Shown piece after piece: positions 30,329 to 39,075 of a stretch of 64,000 nucleotides of DNA. Position numbers and translations under genes: made by a program. This stretch comes from Candidatus Egerieisoma sp. (GTDB lineage Bacteria > Bacteroidota > Bacteroidia > Bacteroidales > UBA932): NCBI GenBank assembly GCA_045588775.1, contig JAZNEW010000061.1, positions 31,884 to 95,883 on the forward strand. Direction: 5' to 3'. Position 1 is the first letter of the stretch. Each line of letters starts with the position of its first letter. The notes beneath the pieces are model-generated. The model was not told the DNA's origin. It did no database searches and saw only the letters and a list, made by a program, of their open reading frames with translations.

Positions 30329-30356
30329 GAAATATTCTGGAAATATTCTGGAAATA
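30324..30356. repeat. Three perfect tandem copies of the 11-bp unit TTCTGGAAATA
   Basis: Read directly at 30324-30334, 30335-30345 and 30346-30356. A degenerate copy TCTTGGAAATT lies at 30308-30318. Confidence 0.9.
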
Positions 30357-30379
30357 AAAGGGCCTTTAAAAAAATGGAA

Positions 30380-30874
30380 TTATGGAATCAGCGATTGCAG
30401 ATGGGGATATATTCTCTCCGACAGCATTGTGAGCTGGGGATAGAAGAGCGAATTTGCCGATAAAGAATCAGGAAGAATATTCCATGATCTGTCGAGATAA
30501 TTGAGTATAAATACAATCAGACTCAATATAATCAGCGACTTTGCAGCTGCAAATAGAATTCCCAGTAATCTGTTGAGCCATCCTAAAAGTGAAAATGTTA
30601 CTATTTTCTCGATGGCTTTCCCGATAAAAGTACATATAAGTATCATAATAAGCAGAATTATTATGAAAGATATGATGTAAATTACTGTTTCCCCGGCAGG
30701 GAACAATCCTTTTATATAGTTTGCAACCACCGGTGAAAACTTGAATGCACACCATGTTCCCAGTATCAGGGACAGGATACTTACAAGTTGTGATATGAAG
30801 CCTTTGAATGCTCCATATATTGCACTCGCAACTACAATCACAAGGATTATAAAATCGACAACTCCCAAATCCAT
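30380..30874 (-). CDS. cvpA: CvpA family membrane protein
   Basis: 'DFIILVIVVASAIYGAFKGFISQLVSILSLILG', four TM segments, 164 aa. Confidence 0.8.
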   Translation of the reverse strand: MDLGVVDFIILVIVVASAIYGAFKGFISQLVSILSLILGTWCAFKFSPVVANYIKGLFPAGETVIYIISFIIILLIMILICTFIGKAIEKIVTFSLLGWLNRLLGILFAAAKSLIILSLIVFILNYLDRSWNILPDSLSANSLFYPQLTMLSERIYPHLQSLIP

Positions 30875-30888
30875 TTCCTGTAGCTCTG

Positions 30889-32055
30889 TTATTTGTTCTG
30901 TAAAGTATCTGACTCAGGAACAAGAATACCCATCGACCAGACGGCGCGGACATTCAAATTATTGTCCAGAATTACGATATCTGCATCTTTGTCCTTTTCG
31001 AGGGAGCCTTTTTTGTCGTATATGCCCATGATTTTCGCAGGGGTTTCTGTTGCCATGCGGATAGCGTCTCCAAGAGGAATGCCCGCTTTTTGGTTCATGG
31101 TCCTGACAAGTACATCCATGGTTGCTATACTTCCTGCAAGTGATGAGTGGTCTGCATATTTGCAAACGCCATCTTCTATAATCACAGGTGAGCCCTCTTC
31201 TGGTTTTATATTGCTTCCTGCATACTTCAGTGCGTCGGTAACAAGACATGTGCGCTCTGCACCTTTGAGCTTGTATACCATTTTAAGTATGGTGTGAGGA
31301 AGGTGTCTTCCGTCGGCAATAACCTCCACAGTCATGTCGTCCATCAGGTAAACACTCTCAATGGTGCCTTCGTATTTGTACTCCTGACGTTTGTGGAAAC
31401 CTGGCATGGAGTTGTAGAAGTTTGCAGTGTGGGTAAATCCTGCCTCATACGCCGCCTTTATATCTTCAAATTCAGCCTCTGTATGTGTTATTGTAGCCAG
31501 AATGCCTTTTGAAACCAACATTTGTGCAAGTGCATGGGCTCCCGGTATCTCAGGACTGATATCCCATCTTTTTATGCAGTTTGTGCTGTTCAGTATGGCT
31601 GTATACTCCTCTTTGTCGGGATTTTTTACTTTATGCACAGGCCCCGACATTTTGGGATTGAGGTATGGTCCGGCAAGGTGCAGACCCATAACTTGCGAAT
31701 TCTCTTCGTTCATGAGTTTTTCGCAAATTTCTATGGCTTTGTGGATCGATTCTGTTGGAGATGTGCCAAGTGTGGGGAATATGCTTGTGGCTCCATATCT
31801 CAAATGTGTTGCAACAATTGTACGGAAGGCCTCTTCTGTGCAATCCCTGAAGTCAAAACCGCCTCCGCCGTATACATTCATGGCTATGAAACCGGGTACA
31901 ATGTTCATTCCCTTTGCATCAATGGTATCGGCACCTATAATGGCAAGCTCATTATCTGTAACCGCCAGGATTTTTCCATTGTTGATAAGGACAGATCCGC
32001 CTTTGATCCAGCCTTGTGGGGTAAGAATATTACCGTTTGTAATTTGTGTCAGCAT
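30889..32055 (-). CDS. NagA-like amidohydrolase paralog with degenerate metal site
   Basis: 388 aa, collinear with the neighbouring nagA. It has 'MNVYGGGG' (no HxH), 'HLAGPY' (Glu to Ala) and 'THTANFYNSM' (His to Asn), but keeps 'TDAL'. Confidence 0.8.
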   Translation of the reverse strand: MLTQITNGNILTPQGWIKGGSVLINNGKILAVTDNELAIIGADTIDAKGMNIVPGFIAMNVYGGGGFDFRDCTEEAFRTIVATHLRYGATSIFPTLGTSPTESIHKAIEICEKLMNEENSQVMGLHLAGPYLNPKMSGPVHKVKNPDKEEYTAILNSTNCIKRWDISPEIPGAHALAQMLVSKGILATITHTEAEFEDIKAAYEAGFTHTANFYNSMPGFHKRQEYKYEGTIESVYLMDDMTVEVIADGRHLPHTILKMVYKLKGAERTCLVTDALKYAGSNIKPEEGSPVIIEDGVCKYADHSSLAGSIATMDVLVRTMNQKAGIPLGDAIRMATETPAKIMGIYDKKGSLEKDKDADIVILDNNLNVRAVWSMGILVPESDTLQNK

Positions 32056-32068
32056 CGCACTACTGATA

Positions 32069-33235
32069 TTAGAATAATTTGTTGGTTCCCTCTACTAATT
32101 TACCCATCGCCCAAACGGCACGGATATCAAGATTCTTGTCCAGAACAAGGATATCGGCATCTTTGCCGCGTTGCAGAGATCCTTTGCGGTCGTATATACC
32201 CATGATTTTTGCAGGGGTCTCTGAGGCCATGCGTATGGTGTCTTCCAATGGAACTTCTGCCTTTTGTACCATGGTCTTGATGAGTCTGTCCATTGTGGCA
32301 ACACTGCCTGCAAGTGCAGAACGGTCTGCAAGTTTGCAGACGCCATCCTCAATTATGACTCTCGGGTCGAAGGCTGTCTGGCTGTCGCTGGCTGCGCACG
32401 CAAGGGCATCTGTAATCAGACATGTTCTCTCAACACCTTTTACTTTATATACAAGTCTGAGGATTGTAGGAGGAACATGGATACCGTCGGCAACAACTTC
32501 AACAGTCATGTCATCAATAAGGTAGATACTCTCAACTGTGCCTTCATATTTGTATTCGCGACGTTTGTGGAATCCTGGCATTGCATTGTAGAAGTGTGTG
32601 GCATGAGTGTAGCCTGCCTCGTATGCAGTCATGATATCTTCATATTCTGCCTGAGTGTGGCCTACAGATGCCAGAACGCCTTTTGAGGTGATGTATTTTC
32701 CAAACTGCATAGCTCCAGGCAATTCAGGAGCCGCATCCCATCTCTTTATGCAGTTTGTCTCTTCCAGTAGCGGAATATATTCGTTCGGGTCGGGATTTTT
32801 GATGTTTTCAGGAAGCTGGCCACCTGCCATCTTCATATTGAAATAGTGTCCTTCGAGGTGCAGACCCAATACAGGGCTGTCTTTCTCTGCCATAAGTTTT
32901 TCTGTTGTGGCGGCTGCCTCACGTATCATCGGTATGGTAGATGACGACAATGTTGGGAATATACTTGTTGTTCCATGTTGCATGTGGGCCTTTACAGCAG
33001 TTCTGAAGGCATCCTCTGTTCCCTCCATAAAATCTCTGCCACCGCCGCCGTGTGCATGTATCTCTATACCGCCAGGCACTATATACATGCCTTTGGCATC
33101 AATCAGGTTGGCGCCTACAACGGCCATATCGCAATTTGTTACCTCAAGGATTTTGTTGTCCCTCATTATTATGGAGCCATCTTTGAGCCATCCCTGAGGG
33201 GTAAGAATTTTTCCGTTTATAATCTGTGTTAGCAT
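32069..33235 (-). CDS. nagA: N-acetylglucosamine-6-phosphate deacetylase
   Basis: 'EIHAHGGGG', 'LHLEGHY', 'VGHTQA', 'THATHFYNAMPG', 'ITDAL'. The full ligand set is present. Confidence 0.9.
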   Translation of the reverse strand: MLTQIINGKILTPQGWLKDGSIIMRDNKILEVTNCDMAVVGANLIDAKGMYIVPGGIEIHAHGGGGRDFMEGTEDAFRTAVKAHMQHGTTSIFPTLSSSTIPMIREAAATTEKLMAEKDSPVLGLHLEGHYFNMKMAGGQLPENIKNPDPNEYIPLLEETNCIKRWDAAPELPGAMQFGKYITSKGVLASVGHTQAEYEDIMTAYEAGYTHATHFYNAMPGFHKRREYKYEGTVESIYLIDDMTVEVVADGIHVPPTILRLVYKVKGVERTCLITDALACAASDSQTAFDPRVIIEDGVCKLADRSALAGSVATMDRLIKTMVQKAEVPLEDTIRMASETPAKIMGIYDRKGSLQRGKDADILVLDKNLDIRAVWAMGKLVEGTNKLF

Positions 33236-33315
33236 AATGGTTCATTATTTATCGGACTGCAAAATTACTTCTTTTATTTATTAAATAAAATTTTGATAAG
33301 AAGAAACGTTCTGAT

Positions 33316-33323
33316 TATCTTTG
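33316..33323 (+). promoter_or_regulatory. -7 promoter box TATCTTTG upstream of ileS
   Basis: Perfect TAnnTTTG, 33 nt upstream of the ATG. Confidence 0.45.
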
Positions 33324-33355
33324 CAAATTCAAAAAAATAGCATTTTTATACAACA

Positions 33356-36300
33356 ATGGGTTTCGCAGAATACAAAAAATTGGATTTGGTAGAGATAAAT
33401 GAGTCTGTACTGAAGGATTGGAAAGAGAATAATTGTTTTGAAAATACACTAAAAGCCAGAGAGGGTGCCCCTAAGTTCATCTTTTTTGAGGGACCTCCTT
33501 CTGCCAACGGTATGGCTGGTATGCACCATGTGATGGCAAGGGCCATTAAGGACTCCTTCTGTAGGTTTAAGACACAGAGCGGATATCTTGTGCAGAGAAA
33601 GGCAGGTTGGGATACTCACGGTCTTCCGGTAGAGCTTGGCGTGGAGAAAATGCTGGGGATTACCAAAGAGGATATCGGTAAAAAGATCTCGGTAGACGAG
33701 TATAATGAGGCTTGCCGCAAGGAGGTTATGAAGTATACCAAAGAGTGGGTTTCGCTAACCGAGAGAATCGGCTACTGGGTTGATATGGACAATCCGTACA
33801 TAACTTACGACAACAAATATATAGAGACATTGTGGTATCTGCTCAAGGATATCTACAAAAAAGGATTGCTGTATAAAGGTTATACAATCCAGCCTTACTC
33901 ACCGGCTGCCGGTACAGGATTGAGCTCGCATGAGCTTAACCAGCCTGGCTGTTACAGGGATGTGAAGGATACTACAGTTGTAGGCCAGTTCAAAATAAAG
34001 AACCCTAAACCGGAAATGGCACAATGGGGTGCACCATATTTCCTTGCATGGACCACCACTCCTTGGACATTGCCTTCAAATGTGGCTCTATGTGTTGGTC
34101 CAAAAATTGAATATATTGCAGTTCAGACATATAATGCGTACACAGGTGAGAAGATAACAGTTGTGCTTGCAAAGAATCTTCTCTATACCCATTTCAACAA
34201 AAAGGCGGAGGAATTGGCTCTTGAAGATTACAAACCGGGCGACAAGCTTGTGCCTTTCAAAGTTGTAGGAGAGTATAAAGGTCCGGATTTGGTTGGTATG
34301 GAGTATGAGCAGCTTATTCCATGGGTAAAACCGGTAAGTGTTGATGAAAAGGGTAACTGGAGTGATGCGTCTGACAAGGCATTCCGTATAATTCCGGGTG
34401 ATTATGTAACAACAGAGGATGGTACAGGTATCGTGCATATTGCCCCTACATTTGGTGCAGATGATGCTTTTGTGGCAAAAGCGGCAGGCATACCTTCTCT
34501 ATTTATGATCAACAAGATGGGCGAGACCCGTCCTATGGTGGATTTCACAGGTAAATTCTACCTGATGGAGGAGCTCGATGAGGAGTTTGTAAAGAGTTGT
34601 GTAGATGTTGAGCTTTATAAAGAGTACGAAGGCCGTTGGGTAAAAAATGCCTACGATCCTCAGTTTACAGTAAATAAAGTGTATGATGAAAAGGCGGCAT
34701 CAGCAGCGGAGAATCTTGATATATACATCTGTCTGATGATGAAGGGAGCCAACAAGGCATTCAAGATAGAGAAACATACACACAACTATCCTCATTGCTG
34801 GAGAACCGACAAACCTGTTTTGTATTATCCGTTGGATTCGTGGTTTATCAGAAGTACTGCAGTGCAGGATGAACTTATAGCACTTAACAAAACAATCAAC
34901 TGGAAACCTGAAAGTACCGGTAGCGGACGTTTTGGAAAATGGCTTGAGAATTTGCAGGACTGGAATCTCTCGAGAAGCCGTTATTGGGGAACACCGCTTC
35001 CTATCTGGAGAACAGAGGACAAGAAAGAGGAGTTGTGCATAGGTTCTGCCGAGGAGTTGTATAACGAGTTGGAAAAATCGGTTGCAGCAGGCTTTATGCA
35101 GTCGAATCCATTGAAAGATAAAGGATTTGTTCCTGGCGATTTCTCTAAGGAAAATTATGATAAGATAGATTTGCACAGACCATATGTGGATGGTTATATA
35201 TTGGTATCACCAAGCGGCCAGCCGATGAAGAGAGAGCTCGACCTTATAGATGTATGGTTTGATTCGGGAGCGATGCCTTTTGCACAGGAGGGTCTTGAGA
35301 ATCTTGGCAAGCCGCAGTTCGGACAGACTGCCGATTTCATTGCTGAGGGCGTTGACCAGACTCGCGGATGGTTCTTTACCCTGCATGCAATTTCTACAAT
35401 GGTAAACAAGAAAATTGCCTACAAGACAGTGCTTTCAAATGGCCTTGTGCTTGATAAAGACGGCAACAAGATGAGTAAGAGACTCGGTAATGCTGTTGAT
35501 CCGTTCAAGGCTCTTGACGAGTATGGTGCCGATTCATTGAGATGGTATATGCTTACCAATGCACAGCCTTGGGATAATTTGAAATTTGACTTTGCAGGAG
35601 TTGATGAGGTTAGAAGAAAATTCTTTGGAACACTCTACAATACATACTCATTCTTTGCACTATATGCCAATGTAGACGGATTTACAAATAGTGCGGCCCA
35701 GATTCCTGTGGAGCAGCGTCCTGAGATTGACCGCTGGATTATATCATTGATGAACAGCCTTGTGAAGGATGTCAAAGAGTGCTACGAAAATTATGATGTA
35801 ACCACTGCCGGCCGTAAAATACAGGATTTTGTATGCGACCACTTGAGCAACTGGTATGTACGTCTGAACAGAAAACGTTTCTGGGGCGGTACAATGGATG
35901 ATGACAAACTGTCGGCATACCAGACATTATACTCTTGTTTGGAAAATATTGCAATTTTGGCAGCGCCTATCGCTCCGTTCTTCATGGAGAGATTATTCCT
36001 TGATCTGAATGCCGTTTCTGGAATGCATACCGAGAGTTCTGTGCATCTTGTGTTGATGCCGGAGTCTGTAGAGCAGTATATCAACAAAGATCTCGAGTTG
36101 CGTATGGAGCTGGCCCAAAGAAGTTCATCAATGGTGCTTGCCTTGAGAAGAAAGGTAAATATCAAGGTGCGACAGCCTCTTGCAAAACTTATCATACCTG
36201 TGCTCGACGACAATATTCAGGCCCAGTTTGAGAAGGTTAAGGAGCTTGTATTGGGAGAGGTGAATGTTAAGGAGGTAGAGTTTATCCGCAATACAGAGGG

Positions 36301-36832
36301 CCTTATAACCAAGAAGATCAAACCGAACTTCAAGACATTGGGCAAGAAGTATGGCAAGCAGATGAAAGAGATTTCTGCAGCATTCGGTTTGTTGGATCAG
36401 AAGGCAATCAATGCTATTGAACAATCGGAGTCTTATGAAATGGCTCTGACTTCCGGCAATGTAGTTCTTGAGAAGGGTGATTATGAGATTACCTCAGAGG
36501 ATATGCCGGGCTGGCTGGTAGCTACAGAGGGCAAACTGACCGTTGCGCTTGATATTACAATCACCGATGAGTTGAGAAGAGAGGGCGTGGCCAGAGAGCT
36601 TGTGAACCGTATCCAGAACTTGCGTAAGGAGTGCGATTTTGAAATTACAGACAAGATCAGAGCTGAGATTGTAAAGAGGGATGATATCGCGGATGCGCTT
36701 GCCGGATTCAACGATTATGTATGCGGACAGACTTTGTGCGAGAAGATTTCATTGGTAGATGAACTTGAAGGTGCTTCGAGGATAGAGTGGGGCAATGATG
36801 AGTTTGTGGATATAAAGATTGAAAGAGTATAG
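33356..36832 (+). CDS. ileS: Isoleucine--tRNA ligase
   Basis: 'PPSANGMAGMHH' (HIGH-type), 'KMSKRLGN' (KMSKS), 1158 aa. Confidence 0.97.
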   Translation: MGFAEYKKLDLVEINESVLKDWKENNCFENTLKAREGAPKFIFFEGPPSANGMAGMHHVMARAIKDSFCRFKTQSGYLVQRKAGWDTHGLPVELGVEKMLGITKEDIGKKISVDEYNEACRKEVMKYTKEWVSLTERIGYWVDMDNPYITYDNKYIETLWYLLKDIYKKGLLYKGYTIQPYSPAAGTGLSSHELNQPGCYRDVKDTTVVGQFKIKNPKPEMAQWGAPYFLAWTTTPWTLPSNVALCVGPKIEYIAVQTYNAYTGEKITVVLAKNLLYTHFNKKAEELALEDYKPGDKLVPFKVVGEYKGPDLVGMEYEQLIPWVKPVSVDEKGNWSDASDKAFRIIPGDYVTTEDGTGIVHIAPTFGADDAFVAKAAGIPSLFMINKMGETRPMVDFTGKFYLMEELDEEFVKSCVDVELYKEYEGRWVKNAYDPQFTVNKVYDEKAASAAENLDIYICLMMKGANKAFKIEKHTHNYPHCWRTDKPVLYYPLDSWFIRSTAVQDELIALNKTINWKPESTGSGRFGKWLENLQDWNLSRSRYWGTPLPIWRTEDKKEELCIGSAEELYNELEKSVAAGFMQSNPLKDKGFVPGDFSKENYDKIDLHRPYVDGYILVSPSGQPMKRELDLIDVWFDSGAMPFAQEGLENLGKPQFGQTADFIAEGVDQTRGWFFTLHAISTMVNKKIAYKTVLSNGLVLDKDGNKMSKRLGNAVDPFKALDEYGADSLRWYMLTNAQPWDNLKFDFAGVDEVRRKFFGTLYNTYSFFALYANVDGFTNSAAQIPVEQRPEIDRWIISLMNSLVKDVKECYENYDVTTAGRKIQDFVCDHLSNWYVRLNRKRFWGGTMDDDKLSAYQTLYSCLENIAILAAPIAPFFMERLFLDLNAVSGMHTESSVHLVLMPESVEQYINKDLELRMELAQRSSSMVLALRRKVNIKVRQPLAKLIIPVLDDNIQAQFEKVKELVLGEVNVKEVEFIRNTEGLITKKIKPNFKTLGKKYGKQMKEISAAFGLLDQKAINAIEQSESYEMALTSGNVVLEKGDYEITSEDMPGWLVATEGKLTVALDITITDELRREGVARELVNRIQNLRKECDFEITDKIRAEIVKRDDIADALAGFNDYVCGQTLCEKISLVDELEGASRIEWGNDEFVDIKIERV

Positions 36833-36879
36833 TATAAGATAATATTTATTACTATCTTTGATTATTAAAACTTAACGAT

Positions 36880-37266
36880 ATGGCAACAGAACAATTTGAA
36901 AAAGTAAGGTACAGCGACGAGGAGTTGCAAGAATTCAAAGCTGTCATTTTGCAAAAGCTTGAAAAAGCAAAAGAGGATTATGAGCAGCTCAGATCAGCGA
37001 TAACTCATAGCGCAAGCAACGGTGTGGAGGATACTTCACCTACTTTTAAAGTTCTTGAAGAGGGTGCATCTGCATTGTCTAAAGAGGAGTCCGGACAATT
37101 GGCTGCAAGACAATTCAAATTTATCCGCAATTTGGAAGCGGCTCTTATAAGAATCGAAAATAAGACTTATGGTGTATGCAGGGAGACCGGCAAACTCATC
37201 CCTAAAGAGAGATTGATGTTGGTACCTCATGCCACATTGTCTGTAGAGGCGAAGAACAAGAGATAA
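36880..37266 (+). CDS. DksA/TraR-family protein with degenerate zinc finger
   Basis: Coiled-coil followed by 'YGVCRETGKLIPKERLMLVPHATLS'. Only one Cys remains. Confidence 0.8.
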   Translation: MATEQFEKVRYSDEELQEFKAVILQKLEKAKEDYEQLRSAITHSASNGVEDTSPTFKVLEEGASALSKEESGQLAARQFKFIRNLEAALIRIENKTYGVCRETGKLIPKERLMLVPHATLSVEAKNKR

Positions 37267-37267
37267 T

Positions 37268-37888
37268 ATGAAATTGTCTAAAGGTAAGATTATAGCTCTG
37301 TCTGTAACTTTGTTGCTTCTGATAGATCAGGTGATAAAGTTTGCAGTCAAGTTGAACATGACTCTTGGTGAAAGTATTCCGGTATTTGGCGACTGGTTTA
37401 AGATCTGCTTTGTTGAAAATAACGGAATGGCCTTTGGAATGCAGTTCGGAGGCATTTTTGGAAAGATTCTTCTTACCTTGTTCAGAATAGTCCTGATAGG
37501 GCTTATCATATACTATATAAATAAAGTATTATTGAAAAAAAGTGATACTCCTACGGGTGTACTCGTTGGAGTATCGCTTATTTTAACCGGTGCTATCGGC
37601 AATGTAATAGATTGTATCTTTTACGGTCAATTGTTCAGTGCCTCTTCTTTTGGCATGTTGGCCGAATTTCTTCCTTCCGGAGGAGGTTATGCTCCCCTTA
37701 TGATGGGAAAGGTTGTTGATATGTTCTATTTTCCTTTAATTGAATCCACATTCCCTGATTGGTTACCTATATGGGGCGGTCAGGATTTTATCTTCTTCAG
37801 ACCGGTATTCAATTTTGCAGACAGCTGCATATCTGTAGGTGTTGTATATATGCTGTTGTTTCAGTATAAATATTTCTCACGCCTATAA
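37268..37888 (+). CDS. lspA: Lipoprotein signal peptidase II
   Basis: 'FVENNGMAFG', 'GAIGNVIDC', 'FNFADSCI'. Confidence 0.9.
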   Translation: MKLSKGKIIALSVTLLLLIDQVIKFAVKLNMTLGESIPVFGDWFKICFVENNGMAFGMQFGGIFGKILLTLFRIVLIGLIIYYINKVLLKKSDTPTGVLVGVSLILTGAIGNVIDCIFYGQLFSASSFGMLAEFLPSGGGYAPLMMGKVVDMFYFPLIESTFPDWLPIWGGQDFIFFRPVFNFADSCISVGVVYMLLFQYKYFSRL

Positions 37889-37918
37889 TACAGGATAACA
37901 TTATTGAATGGAGAGAAT

Positions 37919-38413
37919 TTAGTGTTTGAGCTTTTCAATGAGTTTCTGTCTTGAAAAGTGGATGCGGCTTTTTACTGTGCCCAAATGCAGGCCGAGTTCA
38001 TCGGCAATCTCCTGATATTTGTATCCGCTGTCGTGCATTTGGAAAGGTATTCTGAACTCCGGTTCAAGTGAATTTACAAGGCCGGTAAGCTCTTTAAAAT
38101 TATAGTCGCTCTCCGGATTTGCCTCAGTAGGTTTGCTGTTGATGACAAACTCCTGAACATCTTTGCTGAAAATGGCCTGTTTTTTGGCGCGGCGTCTGTA
38201 ATCATTGATGAAGGTATTCTTCATAATGGTATAAAGCCATGCTTTAAGATTTGTGCTTGAATCAAATTTTTCCTGATTGTTCAATGCTTTGAAGTATGTC
38301 TCCTGAACAAGATCTTTTGCATCGTCTGCATCTAATGTCAAGCTATAAGCGTATCTGGATAGACTCTGTTCCAAGCTTATAATTTCGTGCTCAAAGTTAT
38401 TAGTGTTCTTCAT
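37919..38413 (-). CDS. Sigma-70 family (ECF-like) RNA polymerase sigma factor
   Basis: Region 2 'DLVQETYFKAL...AWLYTIMKNTFIN', region 4 'YQEIADELGLHLGTVKSRIHFSRQKL'. The track start at 38419 is TTG; ATG is at 38413. Confidence 0.8.
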   Translation of the reverse strand: MKNTNNFEHEIISLEQSLSRYAYSLTLDADDAKDLVQETYFKALNNQEKFDSSTNLKAWLYTIMKNTFINDYRRRAKKQAIFSKDVQEFVINSKPTEANPESDYNFKELTGLVNSLEPEFRIPFQMHDSGYKYQEIADELGLHLGTVKSRIHFSRQKLIEKLKH

Positions 38414-38766
38414 AATCAATAATGTTAAATGCGACTAAATAACCGAATAGCTGCTGAAAAGTTCAGGAACCGCTCTGTATATAAGGTGTAAATCCGGCTG
38501 AGTATACTTATAAACTGCTTAAAAATATATCCGAAACGAAGATACTGCAAGGATTTTACAAAATAATTACATTATTGTTAAATCTGATTGTATTTATTTT
38601 TACATGGTAGTTTTTTTACAATTTGCATAGAAAAAACAGTGCATGATATAAATGATTTTATTTGAAAAGAGGGCGTGAAAAAATACGAAAAAGGCACAAG
38701 AAAGGTATAAAAGAGTGCAATGCAAATATTTTTATCGAAAAAACTTGGAGAATAAAAAAAAATGAT

Positions 38767-38774
38767 TACCTTTG
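38767..38774 (+). promoter_or_regulatory. -7 promoter box TACCTTTG upstream of tRNA-Ser
   Basis: Perfect TAnnTTTG, 27 nt upstream of the tRNA 5' end. Confidence 0.45.
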
Positions 38775-38801
38775 CAATCCCAAAGCAAAAGCGGAGGAAT
38801 T

Positions 38802-38886
38802 GGAGAGGTGGCAGAGTGGTCGATTGCGGCGGTCTTGAAAACCGTTGAACTGAGAGGTTCCGGGGGTTCGAATCCCTCCCTCTCCG
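38802..38886 (+). tRNA. tRNA-Ser (anticodon UGA), class II with long variable arm
   Basis: Acceptor GGAGAGG/CCTCTCC, anticodon loop CTTGAAA, variable arm GAAC..GTTC, T-loop GTTCGAATC. No encoded CCA. Confidence 0.9.
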
Positions 38887-38896
38887 CAAAAAAAAA

Positions 38897-38925
38897 CCGG
38901 ATGACGAAAATCATCCGGTTTTTTT
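38897..38925 (+). terminator. Intrinsic terminator of tRNA-Ser
   Basis: CCGGATGA (38897-38904) / TCATCCGG (38911-38918), followed by TTTTTTT. Confidence 0.75.
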
Positions 38926-38976
38926 GTATCCTGAACTGTCCGAATGCTTGTATACAGGAGGCAAGGGCAGGATGCC

Positions 38977-39001
38977 AAAAAAGATGTGCTACAAGCACAT
39001 C
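38977..39001 (-). terminator. Intrinsic terminator of the TIR-WD40 gene
   Basis: On the minus strand, GATGTGCT-TGT-AGCACATC is followed by TTTTTT. A second CCCAC/GTGGG hairpin lies just upstream. Confidence 0.6.
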
Positions 39002-39075
39002 AGGTTTGCTTTTAAGCGCCCCCCTCCCACGGCGAGTGGGAAGGATTGGGCATGGTCTAACATTGCTCCAGAATC

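Noticed and set aside
30324-30356. The tandem repeats might be a CRISPR array or a minisatellite.
   Set aside because: The units are only 11 bp, directly abutting with no spacers, and there are only three copies. This is not CRISPR-like, so the element is reported as a possible regulatory repeat instead.
30380-30874. cvpA (named for colicin V production) lies directly next to the GG-peptide exporter, which could suggest it is part of the bacteriocin system.
   Set aside because: CvpA is a widely conserved housekeeping inner-membrane protein. A strong intrinsic terminator (30285-30328) separates it from the exporter gene. The adjacency is most likely coincidental, though co-conservation could be checked.
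38420-38766. A 350-bp AT-rich intergenic region between the sigma factor gene and tRNA-Ser could host an sRNA or riboswitch.
   Set aside because: I could not find a convincing conserved-looking structure, promoter-plus-terminator pair or repeat in it. It probably holds divergent promoter regions.
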